From an uncultured Acidimicrobiia bacterium (GTDB lineage Bacteria > Actinomycetota > Acidimicrobiia > Spongiisociales > JAENVV01), in NCBI GenBank assembly GCA_963752075.1, contig CAVVWO010000007.1:14840-78839 (forward strand): a stretch of 64,000 nt of DNA, given 5' to 3'. Position 1 is the first letter of the stretch; every line of letters starts with the position of its first letter. Made by a program: the position numbers and the translations under genes. Below are positions 39,553-49,512 of the stretch, piece by piece. The notes beneath the pieces were generated by a model. The model did no database searches. It was not told where the DNA came from and worked only from the letters and a program-made list of their open reading frames with translations.

Positions 39553-41523
39553 TCACGGCGTCGAGGTGTGAGCTTCGATCCCGAGCTTGCGCAGAAAGGC
39601 GGCGTTGGAAGGTTCTCGACCGAGGAAAGCCCGGAGCAACTCTGCTGCGTCGCGGATGCCATTCGGCTCGAGCACCTCGCGACGGTAACGCGCTCCCACC
39701 CCGGCGTTGGCGAGTCCCTCTTTCTCGAAGACCGAGAACATGTCGTCACCGAAGACCTCTGCCCAGAGGTACCCGTAGTAGCCGGCGTCGTAGCCGTACA
39801 TGTGTCCGAAAGACGCCGGGAAGAAGGTGTGCGGTTGGTGGGGGAACGGGGTCACGCTGCTCGACTCGATCGCCGCCTCCTCGAGGGAAACAACCGGCTC
39901 AGGACCGTGGATCGCCATGTCGAAGACCCCGAATGACACCTGGCGGAGGGTCTTGATGGCGACATTGAGATTCTGGACGAGGGCCATCTCTTCGATGAGC
40001 TCGGCCGGAATGGGCATCTCTGTCTCGTAATGATGTCCAAAACGGGCGAGGATCTCCGGCTTCCAGCACCAGTGCTCCATGATCTGAGAGGGCGCCTCAA
40101 CGAAGTCCCACTCTGTCCCTGCTCCTGAGAATCGCCCAAAATGGGCTTTCGTCAGCGACATATGGAGCACATGCCCGAACTCGTGGAACAAGGTCACGAC
40201 TTCGTTGTGCATCAGCAGTGACGGTCTGTCGGCGCTGGGTTTGGTGAAGTTGGCCAGCACGGCGGTGACGGGCCGAACGTAACCATCGGTGTTGTGCCGG
40301 CCCTGGACGAGCGGAAAGGCCGCCGCGTGTCCGAATTTCCCCTCCCTGGGGAAGAGGTCCATGTAGAAGTGAGCGATCAGGTTGTCCGAGCCTGCGTCGC
40401 GAATCTCATAGAGCGTGGCGTCGGCGTGCCAGGTCTCGGGGTCGGCAACCTCGACGTATCGAAGACCGAATACCTCGGCGGTGAGATCCAGCATTCCTGC
40501 CACGACTCGTTCGAGGGGAAAGAACTTGGCGACTTCGAGGTGGTCGATACCGTATTCGGTCCTGAGCAGTTGCTGGTCGTAGTAGCGCCAGTCCCACAGC
40601 TGCACCTGTCGGTCACCGGATTCGGCCTCGAGGAGATCGGCGATACGCTCTACTTCTCGTTCCGCAAGGGCGGTGAGAGGAGGGATGAGATCCTCGTAGA
40701 AGGCAAGAACCGCCTCCGGACCCTCCGCCATCTTTTCCTGCATTCGGTAGTCGGCCCACGAGGGAAGCCCAAAGATCTCCGCGCTTCGAGCCCGGAGATC
40801 GACGGTTTCGCGGAGCAGGGGACGGTTCTGTTTCTCTGCGCGGCTGTTGAACTTCTGAGAGAGCGCCTCACGGAGATCGCGTCGCTCGGCGTGGTCGAGA
40901 AACGGGATGACGTCGGGGTAGTCCATCGAGACACAGAACGTGTTCTTCTTCTCGCCCTTGTCGAGTTGATCGATGTAGTCCTCGGGAAGGCCGGCCAGAT
41001 CTGCTCGCGTGACGACCAGATAGTCCTGATAGTCGGCGAGGTTGGTCTGGAATTCGATGCTCAGCTCGACAAGCCGGTCGTTGATCTCTCTGAGCTCTGC
41101 CCGGGCGGCCGGGTCCAGCTCATGGCCCGCCATCCTCAGGTCTCGTAGGGTGAAATCGAGCAGCCGGCGGTGTTCCCCGTCGAGGTCGGCAGCCTCGTCG
41201 GTGTCTGCATACTCCTTGACCGCCACGTAGAGGTCGTCCCGGAACATCAGTTCGACCTGCCACTTGGACATGCGTTCTTCCGCGCTTCGAGCCGTCTCTC
41301 GAATTGCCGGATCGGGTGAAGCCTGCGCCAGGAAGGGTCCGCGCCCATAGAGGTCGCCGAGGAGGTCCGACATGTCGGCCAGCGGTTGCATCGTGTTGGC
41401 AAACGACCGAGGGCCCGCCTGGGACACCACCGAGGCAACGATCTGGTCAGCCCGGGTCAGAGTGTCGCTGACATCGCCGGCGATCACCTCTGGAGTTGCG
41501 GTGGTGTAGTCGTAGAGCATCAT
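39553..41523 (-). CDS. M3 family metallopeptidase (thimet oligopeptidase-like)
   Basis: FYMDLFPREGK, FHEFGH, DFVEAPSQ, YDAGYYGYLW. Confidence 0.93.
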   Translation of the reverse strand: MMLYDYTTATPEVIAGDVSDTLTRADQIVASVVSQAGPRSFANTMQPLADMSDLLGDLYGRGPFLAQASPDPAIRETARSAEERMSKWQVELMFRDDLYVAVKEYADTDEAADLDGEHRRLLDFTLRDLRMAGHELDPAARAELREINDRLVELSIEFQTNLADYQDYLVVTRADLAGLPEDYIDQLDKGEKKNTFCVSMDYPDVIPFLDHAERRDLREALSQKFNSRAEKQNRPLLRETVDLRARSAEIFGLPSWADYRMQEKMAEGPEAVLAFYEDLIPPLTALAEREVERIADLLEAESGDRQVQLWDWRYYDQQLLRTEYGIDHLEVAKFFPLERVVAGMLDLTAEVFGLRYVEVADPETWHADATLYEIRDAGSDNLIAHFYMDLFPREGKFGHAAAFPLVQGRHNTDGYVRPVTAVLANFTKPSADRPSLLMHNEVVTLFHEFGHVLHMSLTKAHFGRFSGAGTEWDFVEAPSQIMEHWCWKPEILARFGHHYETEMPIPAELIEEMALVQNLNVAIKTLRQVSFGVFDMAIHGPEPVVSLEEAAIESSSVTPFPHQPHTFFPASFGHMYGYDAGYYGYLWAEVFGDDMFSVFEKEGLANAGVGARYRREVLEPNGIRDAAELLRAFLGREPSNAAFLRKLGIEAHTSTP

Positions 41524-41564
41524 GAGAGGGTAACGGAAGCCCATCCTCGAGGAATCTCAGGCGG

Positions 41565-41801
41565 TCAGCTCAGGGTTGCCCGAAGGGCTTCAGCCACCTC
41601 GTCGAATTCGGCGTGCCGACCAGTTGCCTTTTTGGAATAGATGAGATCGTCGCCGGCCATGACCTCAAATCGCCCACCGGACGACGGAATGAGTTCGAGG
41701 GAAGTCACGGACCCCGCGAAGGTATCGAGAAGCTGTTCTGCCATGCTGACCGCACGGGGCAGATAGTTTCACTGGGTGCAGTATTCGATGCTGACCCGCA
41801 C
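41565..41801 (-). CDS. Rdx/SelW family selenoprotein (UGA at codon 11 read as Sec)
   Basis: VRVSIEYCTQ-U-NYLPRAVSMAEQLL...LELIPSSGGRFEV....LIYSKK..GR; GAGGAGG RBS; hairpin just after UGA. Confidence 0.88.
41737..41763 (-). promoter_or_regulatory. bacterial SECIS-like stem-loop
   Basis: UCUG-CC-CCGUGC-[GGUCA]-GCAUGG-CAGA beginning five nt after the in-frame UGA. Confidence 0.7.
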
Positions 41802-41877
41802 GGGGTCCTCCTCAGTCGAGCGTGCGGTGATGGTAGTGCGGCCGTTGGCAGCCTCCTTGGCGACCGACCCAACGGCC

Positions 41878-43464
41878 CTAGTCCCAGATGAGGGCAGACG
41901 GATCGAAGGGGTGTGATTCGCCGTCGATCCAGGTACTGAGCACCGTCGTCCTTCGCAGGGCGTCGGGGTCGGCAGTAACCGGATCCCCATCCAGGATGGT
42001 GAGATGGGCCGGGCTGCCAACCGAGAGAGGTGTCTCGGCACGGAGGGCCAGTGCGACACCGTCGGTGAAGAGGCCGAGAGCTTCTGACCCGGAGATGGCT
42101 TCCGCAGGGACCAACCCGCATCGATCACGGGCGGCAGCCATCCCCAGCAGCGGGTTTGGTGGTTCCACCGGACAGTCGGACCCCCCGGCCAGGGAGATGC
42201 CTGCATCGAGCATGGAGCGAAAGGCGTAGGTTCGCTTCGTCCGCTCCGGTCCAAGCCTGTTCTCGAGCCAGTCGAACTCCGAGGCCAGAAACGCCGGCTG
42301 AACGGATGCGGTGGCTCCCACTCGGGCGAGGCCCTCCAGATCGGCCTCATCGAGCACGGAGGCATGTTCGACGCGCAGAGCGTCGGGGGGTGCGCCCTCC
42401 GAGCGGAGGGTCTCGAAGAAGTCGACCACGCGTCCCGAGGCTGCATCGCCGATGGCGTGGATGGCGACGGCGCCGCCCAGCGCGAGCGACGCTCGGGCCA
42501 CAGGCCCAATGAGTTCCTCTTCGAATCGGAGGGTGCCGAGCTCGCCCGGATTATCTGCGTAGCCGGCCCGCATGGCTGCGGTGTGACCCCCCAGACTTCC
42601 GTCGGCGAAGTCCTTCATACCCAGAAAGCGCAATCTGCGGCCCGCCCCGTCGAGGCGTTGGGCGGCCCATTCCAAAGTGTCGGGGGAGTCGGCGATCGCG
42701 AGAACTGCCAGCTCCAAGGGCAGGTCCGGGGCCACGTCGAGGAGGAGCTCGAGGTCGTCACCCGACCCGCCCCACATGGGGTTTCCGACTTTTATGATGG
42801 CTCCGAGACGTGTCAAACCCTGGGTGACCAAACCCCTCAATGAAGCGAGAAAGGCTTCGGGATCCAGTCCTTGGCTTCGCCCGCCGATACGGTCGGACAC
42901 GAGGCCGATGGCCGTCTCGCGCAGCACGCCGGTGGGCAGTCCGGCTTCGTCGCGATCGATCGATCCACCAGGGGGATCCAAAGTCGACGCGGACAGGTCG
43001 GCGGCTGCCAGGGCGGCGGTATTCGCAACGGCGACATGGCCGCAGTATCGAAAGAGGAGCACAGGTCGATCGCTGAGCGCCGAGTCGAGATCCTCCCTGG
43101 TGGGTAGCCTGCCTTCAGCCAAGTGCTCATTGTCGAGCCGGATTCCGATGAGGGGGCGGTCCGAGGGAAGTTCCCTTCCGGCGAATCTGACTTGGTCGAG
43201 CAATTCGGCCAAGTCCCGGGCACCGGAAACATTGAGGCGAGTGAGCGCCGCGGTGTAGCCCGTGGGATGAAAGTGGGCGTCGCCGAGACCCGGCACGATC
43301 ACGGCGTTGGAATACCGCTCCTCGATCTGGCCCGGTGCTCGCAGGTCTTCTGACCGACCAACGCCCCGGATCACGCCGCCCTCGACCAGCACGGCATCGC
43401 CGACGACACCCTGGGCCGTCCTCACGTGGTCTGCGACGACGAGGGTGGGTCGGTTCAGCTCCAT
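41878..43464 (-). CDS. amidohydrolase (YtcJ-like)
   Basis: PGLGDAHFH, PTGVLRE, K.FADGSLG, HAIGD, RVEHA, GGSDCPV. Confidence 0.9.
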   Translation of the reverse strand: MELNRPTLVVADHVRTAQGVVGDAVLVEGGVIRGVGRSEDLRAPGQIEERYSNAVIVPGLGDAHFHPTGYTAALTRLNVSGARDLAELLDQVRFAGRELPSDRPLIGIRLDNEHLAEGRLPTREDLDSALSDRPVLLFRYCGHVAVANTAALAAADLSASTLDPPGGSIDRDEAGLPTGVLRETAIGLVSDRIGGRSQGLDPEAFLASLRGLVTQGLTRLGAIIKVGNPMWGGSGDDLELLLDVAPDLPLELAVLAIADSPDTLEWAAQRLDGAGRRLRFLGMKDFADGSLGGHTAAMRAGYADNPGELGTLRFEEELIGPVARASLALGGAVAIHAIGDAASGRVVDFFETLRSEGAPPDALRVEHASVLDEADLEGLARVGATASVQPAFLASEFDWLENRLGPERTKRTYAFRSMLDAGISLAGGSDCPVEPPNPLLGMAAARDRCGLVPAEAISGSEALGLFTDGVALALRAETPLSVGSPAHLTILDGDPVTADPDALRRTTVLSTWIDGESHPFDPSALIWD

Positions 43465-44444
43465 CGGGTTCGAATTGCCCAGTCCGGATCGATAGAGAGG
43501 ACCGGCTCTATCGGGTGGGATCCGACCGATTCGACCCATGCATCGATCGACTCTTCGACGTTCTCGAAGGGCCTCACGAAGAAGTGCAGTCGCCGAATGC
43601 AGTCCTCGGTTTCCCTGGCCGCGAAGATGGCGTTCTCTCCGAGGGTGTGGATGAGGTCCTCTTCCAGAAGGGTGAGATCCTCCGATTCGTCCTCTGTTGG
43701 GAGTCCGAGGTCGGTCCATTTGTTCATCTCGATGATCATCTCGAGGTGCAGGGTGTGCCGCAGGTGATCGAGAGGCTTGAGGGCCCGATTGATCGAGCTG
43801 ATGGCCGGAAGTGCTCCCGGTGCCTGCTCCTCGACGACGTCCCACTGCTCTCCCGTGGCCTTCGGGGCAAAGGCGTCAACGATCTCCGCCAGGCTACGCA
43901 GGGGTACGCCGTCGGCGGGCGGCTCGTCCACGGTGTCGATGAAACCGACCCAACGCTCGACCTCGTCTTCGCCGAGGCTTGCGTCCAGCAGAAGGAGCGC
44001 GACTCGCATCTGGATTTCCGGGTCCACCTCTTCGAATCCGGGCACGTAGATCGTCACCTCGAGTTGCTCGTAGAGCCCATCCTCCTCGGTACGAATGATG
44101 GCGCTGCCGGAGTCGACCGCCATTCCGTCCATCTCGAAGGGTGCGATGTCGATGGGCACTCGAGCGGGGCGGTATTCCCATGTCTCGGTGGCCTCCGGCC
44201 CGAGATCGACCCAACGCTGGGTGACCAACCTGAGTGAGGGGTCGCCGCCTGCCGATAGAGCCAGGGCGTGGGTGGCCGTCGGGCCCGGAGCTAGTTGCCA
44301 CTGCAGTTCGGGATGAATGTCGTCTACGAGACCCGAAATCGTATCCGGTAGATCGGTGGGCCCTCCCTGAGTGACAGCCTCTTCGAGGAGGGCACGACCC
44401 GACTCCCACCATGACCAGAACGCTTCGATCGCTTCGTCGTACAT
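43455..44444 (-). CDS. DUF695-like hypothetical protein
   Basis: FW.WW start, IHP.L.W.L, LLD..LGE, G.P...E...L..LE pattern. Confidence 0.65.
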   Translation of the reverse strand: MYDEAIEAFWSWWESGRALLEEAVTQGGPTDLPDTISGLVDDIHPELQWQLAPGPTATHALALSAGGDPSLRLVTQRWVDLGPEATETWEYRPARVPIDIAPFEMDGMAVDSGSAIIRTEEDGLYEQLEVTIYVPGFEEVDPEIQMRVALLLLDASLGEDEVERWVGFIDTVDEPPADGVPLRSLAEIVDAFAPKATGEQWDVVEEQAPGALPAISSINRALKPLDHLRHTLHLEMIIEMNKWTDLGLPTEDESEDLTLLEEDLIHTLGENAIFAARETEDCIRRLHFFVRPFENVEESIDAWVESVGSHPIEPVLSIDPDWAIRTRWS

Positions 44445-44491
44445 GCGATCAGGATAGGCAGGTCAGGGCGGCGTGGTTTGTGTGGCGGACA

Positions 44492-45259
44492 TCACCGACG
44501 CAGGGTGTCGAAGAGCTGGTTGTGGATGGCGCCGTTGGTGGCGAGCACCGAGTCGAAAGTATCGATGGAGATGGCGGCTCCCGACAGATCGGAGACCCGT
44601 CCGCCGGCTTCGGTCACGAGAAGTACTCCAGCTGCGATGTCCCAGGGAGCCAGGTTGCGTTCGAAGTAACCATCGAATCGGCCTGCTGCGACGTACGCCA
44701 GGTCGAGGGCGGCCGCACCCATCCTCCGCAATCCGCGCACCGCCCGCAGGGCCTTCGCCACGTCAGCTGCGTAGGCGTCGGCTCGCTCGCGACGATCGTA
44801 GGGGAATCCGGTTGCGATCAGTCCGGCGCCGATTTCATCGGTTTGGGACACCGTCATCGGATGACCATTGAGGCTGGCACCCCGACCCCGCTGGGCCGAG
44901 TACACGTCGTTGCGAAAGACGTCATGGATGACTCCCACGAGCGGCTCTCCCGCTTCGAAGAGGGCGATCGATACCGCCACATGCGGGACCCCGTGTACGA
45001 AGTTGACCGTGCCATCGAGAGGGTCGACGATCCAGGTTCGATCCGGGCCGATGGTTCCCCCGCCCTCCTCGGCCATGATCGCATCTGCGGCTCGGTGCGC
45101 CCCCAGCGCTTCGATGACGGCCGCTTCCGCTTCCCGATCCGCCTCGGTGACAGGGTTGACGACCCCTTTCATTTCGGGGGCAATCACGTCGTGTGACCAC
45201 CTCGTCACGACGGCAGCCGCCAGTGAGGCGACGTGGATGGCCAGCTCGAGATCGTTCAC
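44492..45259 (-). CDS. suhB: inositol monophosphatase family protein
   Basis: VTEAD, WIVDPLDGTVNF, GAAALDLAYVAAGRFDG, PWDIAAG. Confidence 0.9.
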   Translation of the reverse strand: MNDLELAIHVASLAAAVVTRWSHDVIAPEMKGVVNPVTEADREAEAAVIEALGAHRAADAIMAEEGGGTIGPDRTWIVDPLDGTVNFVHGVPHVAVSIALFEAGEPLVGVIHDVFRNDVYSAQRGRGASLNGHPMTVSQTDEIGAGLIATGFPYDRRERADAYAADVAKALRAVRGLRRMGAAALDLAYVAAGRFDGYFERNLAPWDIAAGVLLVTEAGGRVSDLSGAAISIDTFDSVLATNGAIHNQLFDTLRR

Positions 45260-45311
45260 GCGCAGCACTCTAGAGGCTACGTGAGTTGCTGTTCCCGCTA
45301 CGCTCGCCGCC

Positions 45312-46829
45312 GTGGCTCGTTCGATCGTGATTGCTCTCGTGTCGGCCCTCCTCCTGTGGGCTTCGTTTCCGCCGTTGGAGTGGCCTGTCCTCGTCCTGGT
45401 GGCGCCGGCCGGCCTCATGTACGCCGTCGTGTCGGCCCCGAGCAGACGGGCCGCAACACTGGCCGGGGCCCTTTTCGCCCTCCTGTTCTTCGGTGCGCTC
45501 ATGGAATGGATCGCCAACCTCGGCGAGGAGGCCATCATCGGGCTGTTGGTCGTCCAGGTCCCCTTCTACGCGGTGTACGCCGCTCTCCTCTGGGGATTCA
45601 AGAAGAACCCGAGTTGGGAGGTCGTGGTCGTGGCCACCGGTGGGTGGGCGGCCCTCGAGTTCCTCCGGGAGCGCATCCCTGTTGGTGGACTCAATTGGGG
45701 GGCGCTGGGCTATCCCCTCGGGGCGTGGGACTGGGCTCGTGACAGTGCCCAGTTGGTTGGCACCTCGGGGCTGACCATCGTCGTGGCTGGGGTGGCCTCC
45801 GGACTGCTCCTGCTGCTGTGGCGCAAGGACAGGCGATGGCTGGTGGGCGCCGTGGGCGTGCTGGTGGTCGTTGGCGTCTTCGGCGCCTCCTCTGCCGAGC
45901 TGCCTTCCGGGCCGGTGGTGCGGGTGGCGATCGTCCAGGGCAATTCACCCTGCCCGCTGGAACACTGTGCCGGGGAGCGAGAAGCCATCTTTCAGAACCA
46001 CCTCCGTCTCACCCGTCAGATCGAAGAAGGCTCCGTCGATCTCGTCGTGTGGCCCGAGAGTTCCACCACATTCGAGGTGGACCCGACGAATCCGTCTGAA
46101 GGGCAGCGTCTGGTCGCCGCAGAAGCACGGCGTCTCGGCGCCACCCTGCTGGCCGGGGGTGATCGTCCCGCCAGCAGTGAGACCTTCATCAACTCCAATG
46201 TTGCGTTCGGACCGGACGGTGAGTTGTTGGGTGAGTATCTGAAGAACCACCCTGTGCCCTTCGGCGAATACGTACCCCTCCGCGCCGTGTTCGGGCTCAT
46301 TCCCGAGACCGCCCGGGTGCCACGCGACATGGTGCGAGGTTCCGATCCCACAGTGTTCTCGGCACCATTCGGCGAGTTCGCGTCCGTGATTTCATTCGAA
46401 GGGGCGTTTGCTCGATATGCCCGCGAGGCCGCAGGGCAAGGGGCGAACCTGCTCGTCGTGGCCAGCAACGAAGCGTCCTACGGCATCTCTTCCGCCGCCG
46501 ACCAATTCATCGGCATGACTCGGATGCGAGCTGCAGAGAACGGCGTCGACCTGGTGCACGGCGCGGTGACCGGTGCCTCGGTGATCATCACCGAGGGTGG
46601 TCGCCTCGGACCTGTGTCGGCACTGTTCGGCGAAGACATCGTGCGCGGTGAGGTGTCGATGAGATCGACCGGACCGACGTTCTACACTCGATGGGGAGAC
46701 TGGGTGGCCGTATTCGCCATGGCTGCCCTCGTCTCTACGTTGATGTGGCGGTGGCTCCAGGAGTGGGGCGGGCGGGAAGCCAGGTCGGCGGAGCCATCAA
46801 GGGCAGACCTGAAGACCCTGCCTCAATGA
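45312..46829 (+). CDS. lnt: apolipoprotein N-acyltransferase
   Basis: Multi-TM N-terminus, VQGN, VVWPES, Y.K.H.VPFGEYVP; the expected ICFE nucleophile motif reads ISFE. Confidence 0.88.
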   Translation: MARSIVIALVSALLLWASFPPLEWPVLVLVAPAGLMYAVVSAPSRRAATLAGALFALLFFGALMEWIANLGEEAIIGLLVVQVPFYAVYAALLWGFKKNPSWEVVVVATGGWAALEFLRERIPVGGLNWGALGYPLGAWDWARDSAQLVGTSGLTIVVAGVASGLLLLLWRKDRRWLVGAVGVLVVVGVFGASSAELPSGPVVRVAIVQGNSPCPLEHCAGEREAIFQNHLRLTRQIEEGSVDLVVWPESSTTFEVDPTNPSEGQRLVAAEARRLGATLLAGGDRPASSETFINSNVAFGPDGELLGEYLKNHPVPFGEYVPLRAVFGLIPETARVPRDMVRGSDPTVFSAPFGEFASVISFEGAFARYAREAAGQGANLLVVASNEASYGISSAADQFIGMTRMRAAENGVDLVHGAVTGASVIITEGGRLGPVSALFGEDIVRGEVSMRSTGPTFYTRWGDWVAVFAMAALVSTLMWRWLQEWGGREARSAEPSRADLKTLPQ

Positions 46830-46902
46830 GGAAGACCGCCTTGCGGCGGCCTTCCATGTCGGCTTGGGGATCGAAAACGACCCCGCCAGGGACAAGCCGA
46901 CG
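46826..46902 (-). ncRNA. candidate orphan small RNA (about 75 nt)
   Basis: TGGACA-N17-TAGAAA with an A-rich upstream tract, then a bulged hairpin and a GCAA-capped 11-bp hairpin; no ORF. Confidence 0.45.
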
Positions 46903-46981
46903 AGCTGATTTCTACCTTTTTCCAGACCGCTTGTCCAGCCAATGCGGCCTTTTTTCTTTGCAGAGTGCAAAAAGTTTCGTC

Positions 46982-48007
46982 CTACGGGCCGACGCCCTCG
47001 ATTCGGACCCGCCCCGCGCCGGAGACGATTTCGCCGATCGGCGTGGCGTGGTGTCCGTGGAGCGCCAGGATCTCGATCACCTCATCCGATCCCGAGGCGT
47101 CGATCACCGCCACGAACCCGATCCCCATGTTGAAGGTCCGGAACATCTCGGGCGCGGTCACGCTTCCCCGAGCCGCGATAGCCCCGAACACGCTTGGTGG
47201 TTCCCACCGGGCTGAATCCAGGACTGCGTCAACCTGCTGGGGGAGGATGCGAGCCACGTTCCCAGGGAGGCCGCCTCCGGTGATGTGGGCCAGGCCGTGG
47301 ACGTGACCTGTTGCCACGGCATCGGTGACCGCCGGTGCGTAGATCACGGAAGGCTCGGTGAGGACCTCGCCCCAGGAGCGATCGGTCCCGGGACACATCT
47401 CGTCGAGACGGTCGAGATCGACAATGGCCCTGACGAGTGAGAAGCCATTCGAACGCAGGTTGGGGCTGGCCACTCCGAGGAGGAGATCGCCGGGACGGAT
47501 CGTGGCACCGGTGACCTCGTGGCCTTCCTCGACCACTCCAAGAGCGGCTCCGGCCATGTCCACATGATGTTCGGCGACCACCCCGGGGTGTTCTGCGGTT
47601 TCGCCTCCGAGCAAGGCGCATCCGGCGGCGATGCACGCGGCGGCCACGCTGGCGACGATGGCCTCGTCCCGTTGCGGATCCAGATGGCCCACTGCCAGGT
47701 AGTCGGTGAAGCCGATCGGACGCGCCCCAACCGCAGCCAGGTCGTCGACGCACATGGCGACCAGGTCGAAACCGATTCCATCCATCCGGCCCGCCCGGCG
47801 CGCCACCTCCAACTTGGTGCCCACTCCGTCGGTCGTCATCATCAGGACGGGGCGCTGGTACCCGGGTGGGATGCGCACACCGGCCGCGAAACCGCCGAAC
47901 CCCCCCAGAACGTCTGGACCCCAGGTGCCTGTGACGGTCGGGCCGATGGCTTCCACCAGGCGTTCTCCCGCTTCGATGTCGACACCCGACTCCCGGTAGC
48001 TCGCCAT
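46982..48007 (-). CDS. purM: phosphoribosylformylglycinamidine cyclo-ligase
   Basis: SY.ESGVDI, GGFGG, TDGVGTK, GGETAE, AHITGGG, TFNMGIG. Confidence 0.96.
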   Translation of the reverse strand: MASYRESGVDIEAGERLVEAIGPTVTGTWGPDVLGGFGGFAAGVRIPPGYQRPVLMMTTDGVGTKLEVARRAGRMDGIGFDLVAMCVDDLAAVGARPIGFTDYLAVGHLDPQRDEAIVASVAAACIAAGCALLGGETAEHPGVVAEHHVDMAGAALGVVEEGHEVTGATIRPGDLLLGVASPNLRSNGFSLVRAIVDLDRLDEMCPGTDRSWGEVLTEPSVIYAPAVTDAVATGHVHGLAHITGGGLPGNVARILPQQVDAVLDSARWEPPSVFGAIAARGSVTAPEMFRTFNMGIGFVAVIDASGSDEVIEILALHGHHATPIGEIVSGAGRVRIEGVGP

Positions 48008-49425
48008 CAGCTGGTTGATTCCAGGGCGAACTTCCCAATCGTGACAGGCACCTCGGTCGGGTAGTCGCCGCTCAGGCATGCCGTGCAGAAGGCGTCGATC
48101 TGAGCCCCTGTCGACGAGAGAAGACCATCGAGCGAGAGGTAGGCCAGCGAGTCCACACCGAGATACTCTTGGATCTCTTCCACTGTCTTGTCTGCTGCCA
48201 GGAGGCGGCTCCGGTCCGAGGTGTCCATGCCGTAGAAACACGGCCAGCGATAGGGCGGCGACGAAATCCGAAGATGGATCTCCTTGGCGCCTGCTTCTCG
48301 CACCATGCTGACCAGCTGTCGTGTGGTGGTTCCCCGGACGATGGAGTCGTCGACGAGCGCCACCCGCTGGCCGTCCAGGTTCGAGGGGATAGGATTGAGC
48401 TTCATGCGGATCCCCCGGTCTCGCAGTAGCTGGGTCGGCTGGATGAACGTACGCCCCACGTAGCGATTCTTGACCAACCCGTCGGCGTAATGAATGCCGG
48501 AGGCCTCTGAAAAGCCCTGGGCCGCCGGAATGCCGGACTCGGGTACCGGAACGACGACATCGGCCTCGGCGGGTGCCTCGGTGGCGAGTCGCCGGCCCAT
48601 CTGCTGGCGCGCCGCGTGGATGTTCTGGCCGTAGAGGCGACTGTCGGGTCGGGCGAAATACACGAACTCGAAGACGCACAGACGATTCGGGTCTGACCCG
48701 GAGAATGGGTGGTAGGTACGCAAGCCCTGGGCGTTGATGACCACCATTTCGCCGGGTTCGACCTCCCTCACGAACTCGGCCCCGACGATATCGAGTGCGG
48801 CTGTTTCCGAGGCGATCACCCATCCACCCCCGTCCAGCCGACCCAGACAGAGCGGTCGAAAGCCGTGTGGGTCTCGCACTCCGACCAGGTTGCCCTGATC
48901 CATGATCGCCAGGGAGAATGCTCCCTCGAACAGGGGCAGAACCTCGTTCAGTGCTGTGGCGAGTCCTCGTCCGTCGGATCGCTCGTCGCTCAGCGCCCGG
49001 GCAATGGTCTCCACCATCAACTCGGAATCGGTGATCCCGGCCAGTTCGAGGGAATCTGCCAGTGCGACGGTGTTGGTGAGGTTCCCGTTGTGAGCCAGGG
49101 AGATGGCGGTGTCGCCGACCTGGCGATAGGTGGGTTGAGCATTCTCCCAGGTGGTCGATCCGGTGGTCGAGTAGCGGGTGTGGCCCACTGCGACGTGACC
49201 GGTCAAGGCGGCGAGGGAGGCAACGTCGAACACCTGCGTGACCAGTCCCATGTCCTTGCTGATCATCGTGGTCACGCCGTCTGAGACGGCGATTCCGGCA
49301 CTTTCCTGGCCCCGGTGCTGCAATGCAAAGAGCCCGAAGTAGGTGAGTTGAGCCACATCCGAGCCGGGTGCATACACCCCGAACACTCCGCACGCTTCAC
49401 CGGGTCGAGAGGCTTCGTCGATCAC
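48007..49425 (-). CDS. purF: amidophosphoribosyltransferase
   Basis: EACGVFG, QHRGQES, GHTRYST, VDDSIVRGTT, PCFYG.D. Confidence 0.97.
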   Translation of the reverse strand: MIDEASRPGEACGVFGVYAPGSDVAQLTYFGLFALQHRGQESAGIAVSDGVTTMISKDMGLVTQVFDVASLAALTGHVAVGHTRYSTTGSTTWENAQPTYRQVGDTAISLAHNGNLTNTVALADSLELAGITDSELMVETIARALSDERSDGRGLATALNEVLPLFEGAFSLAIMDQGNLVGVRDPHGFRPLCLGRLDGGGWVIASETAALDIVGAEFVREVEPGEMVVINAQGLRTYHPFSGSDPNRLCVFEFVYFARPDSRLYGQNIHAARQQMGRRLATEAPAEADVVVPVPESGIPAAQGFSEASGIHYADGLVKNRYVGRTFIQPTQLLRDRGIRMKLNPIPSNLDGQRVALVDDSIVRGTTTRQLVSMVREAGAKEIHLRISSPPYRWPCFYGMDTSDRSRLLAADKTVEEIQEYLGVDSLAYLSLDGLLSSTGAQIDAFCTACLSGDYPTEVPVTIGKFALESTS

Positions 49426-49512
49426 GCGGCGATTGTAGGCAGATCGGGAAGCCGGAACGACTTTCGGTGCGAAGGTCGAGGAGTTGGAGGTCCGGGAGCG
49501 CCAGATGTGGGT

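Noticed and set aside
46982-49393. N-terminally extended ORFs for purM (also purQ, cpgS, 2PGK, amidohydrolase)
   Set aside because: Extensions overlap neighbouring genes and lack family similarity; internal starts fit better.
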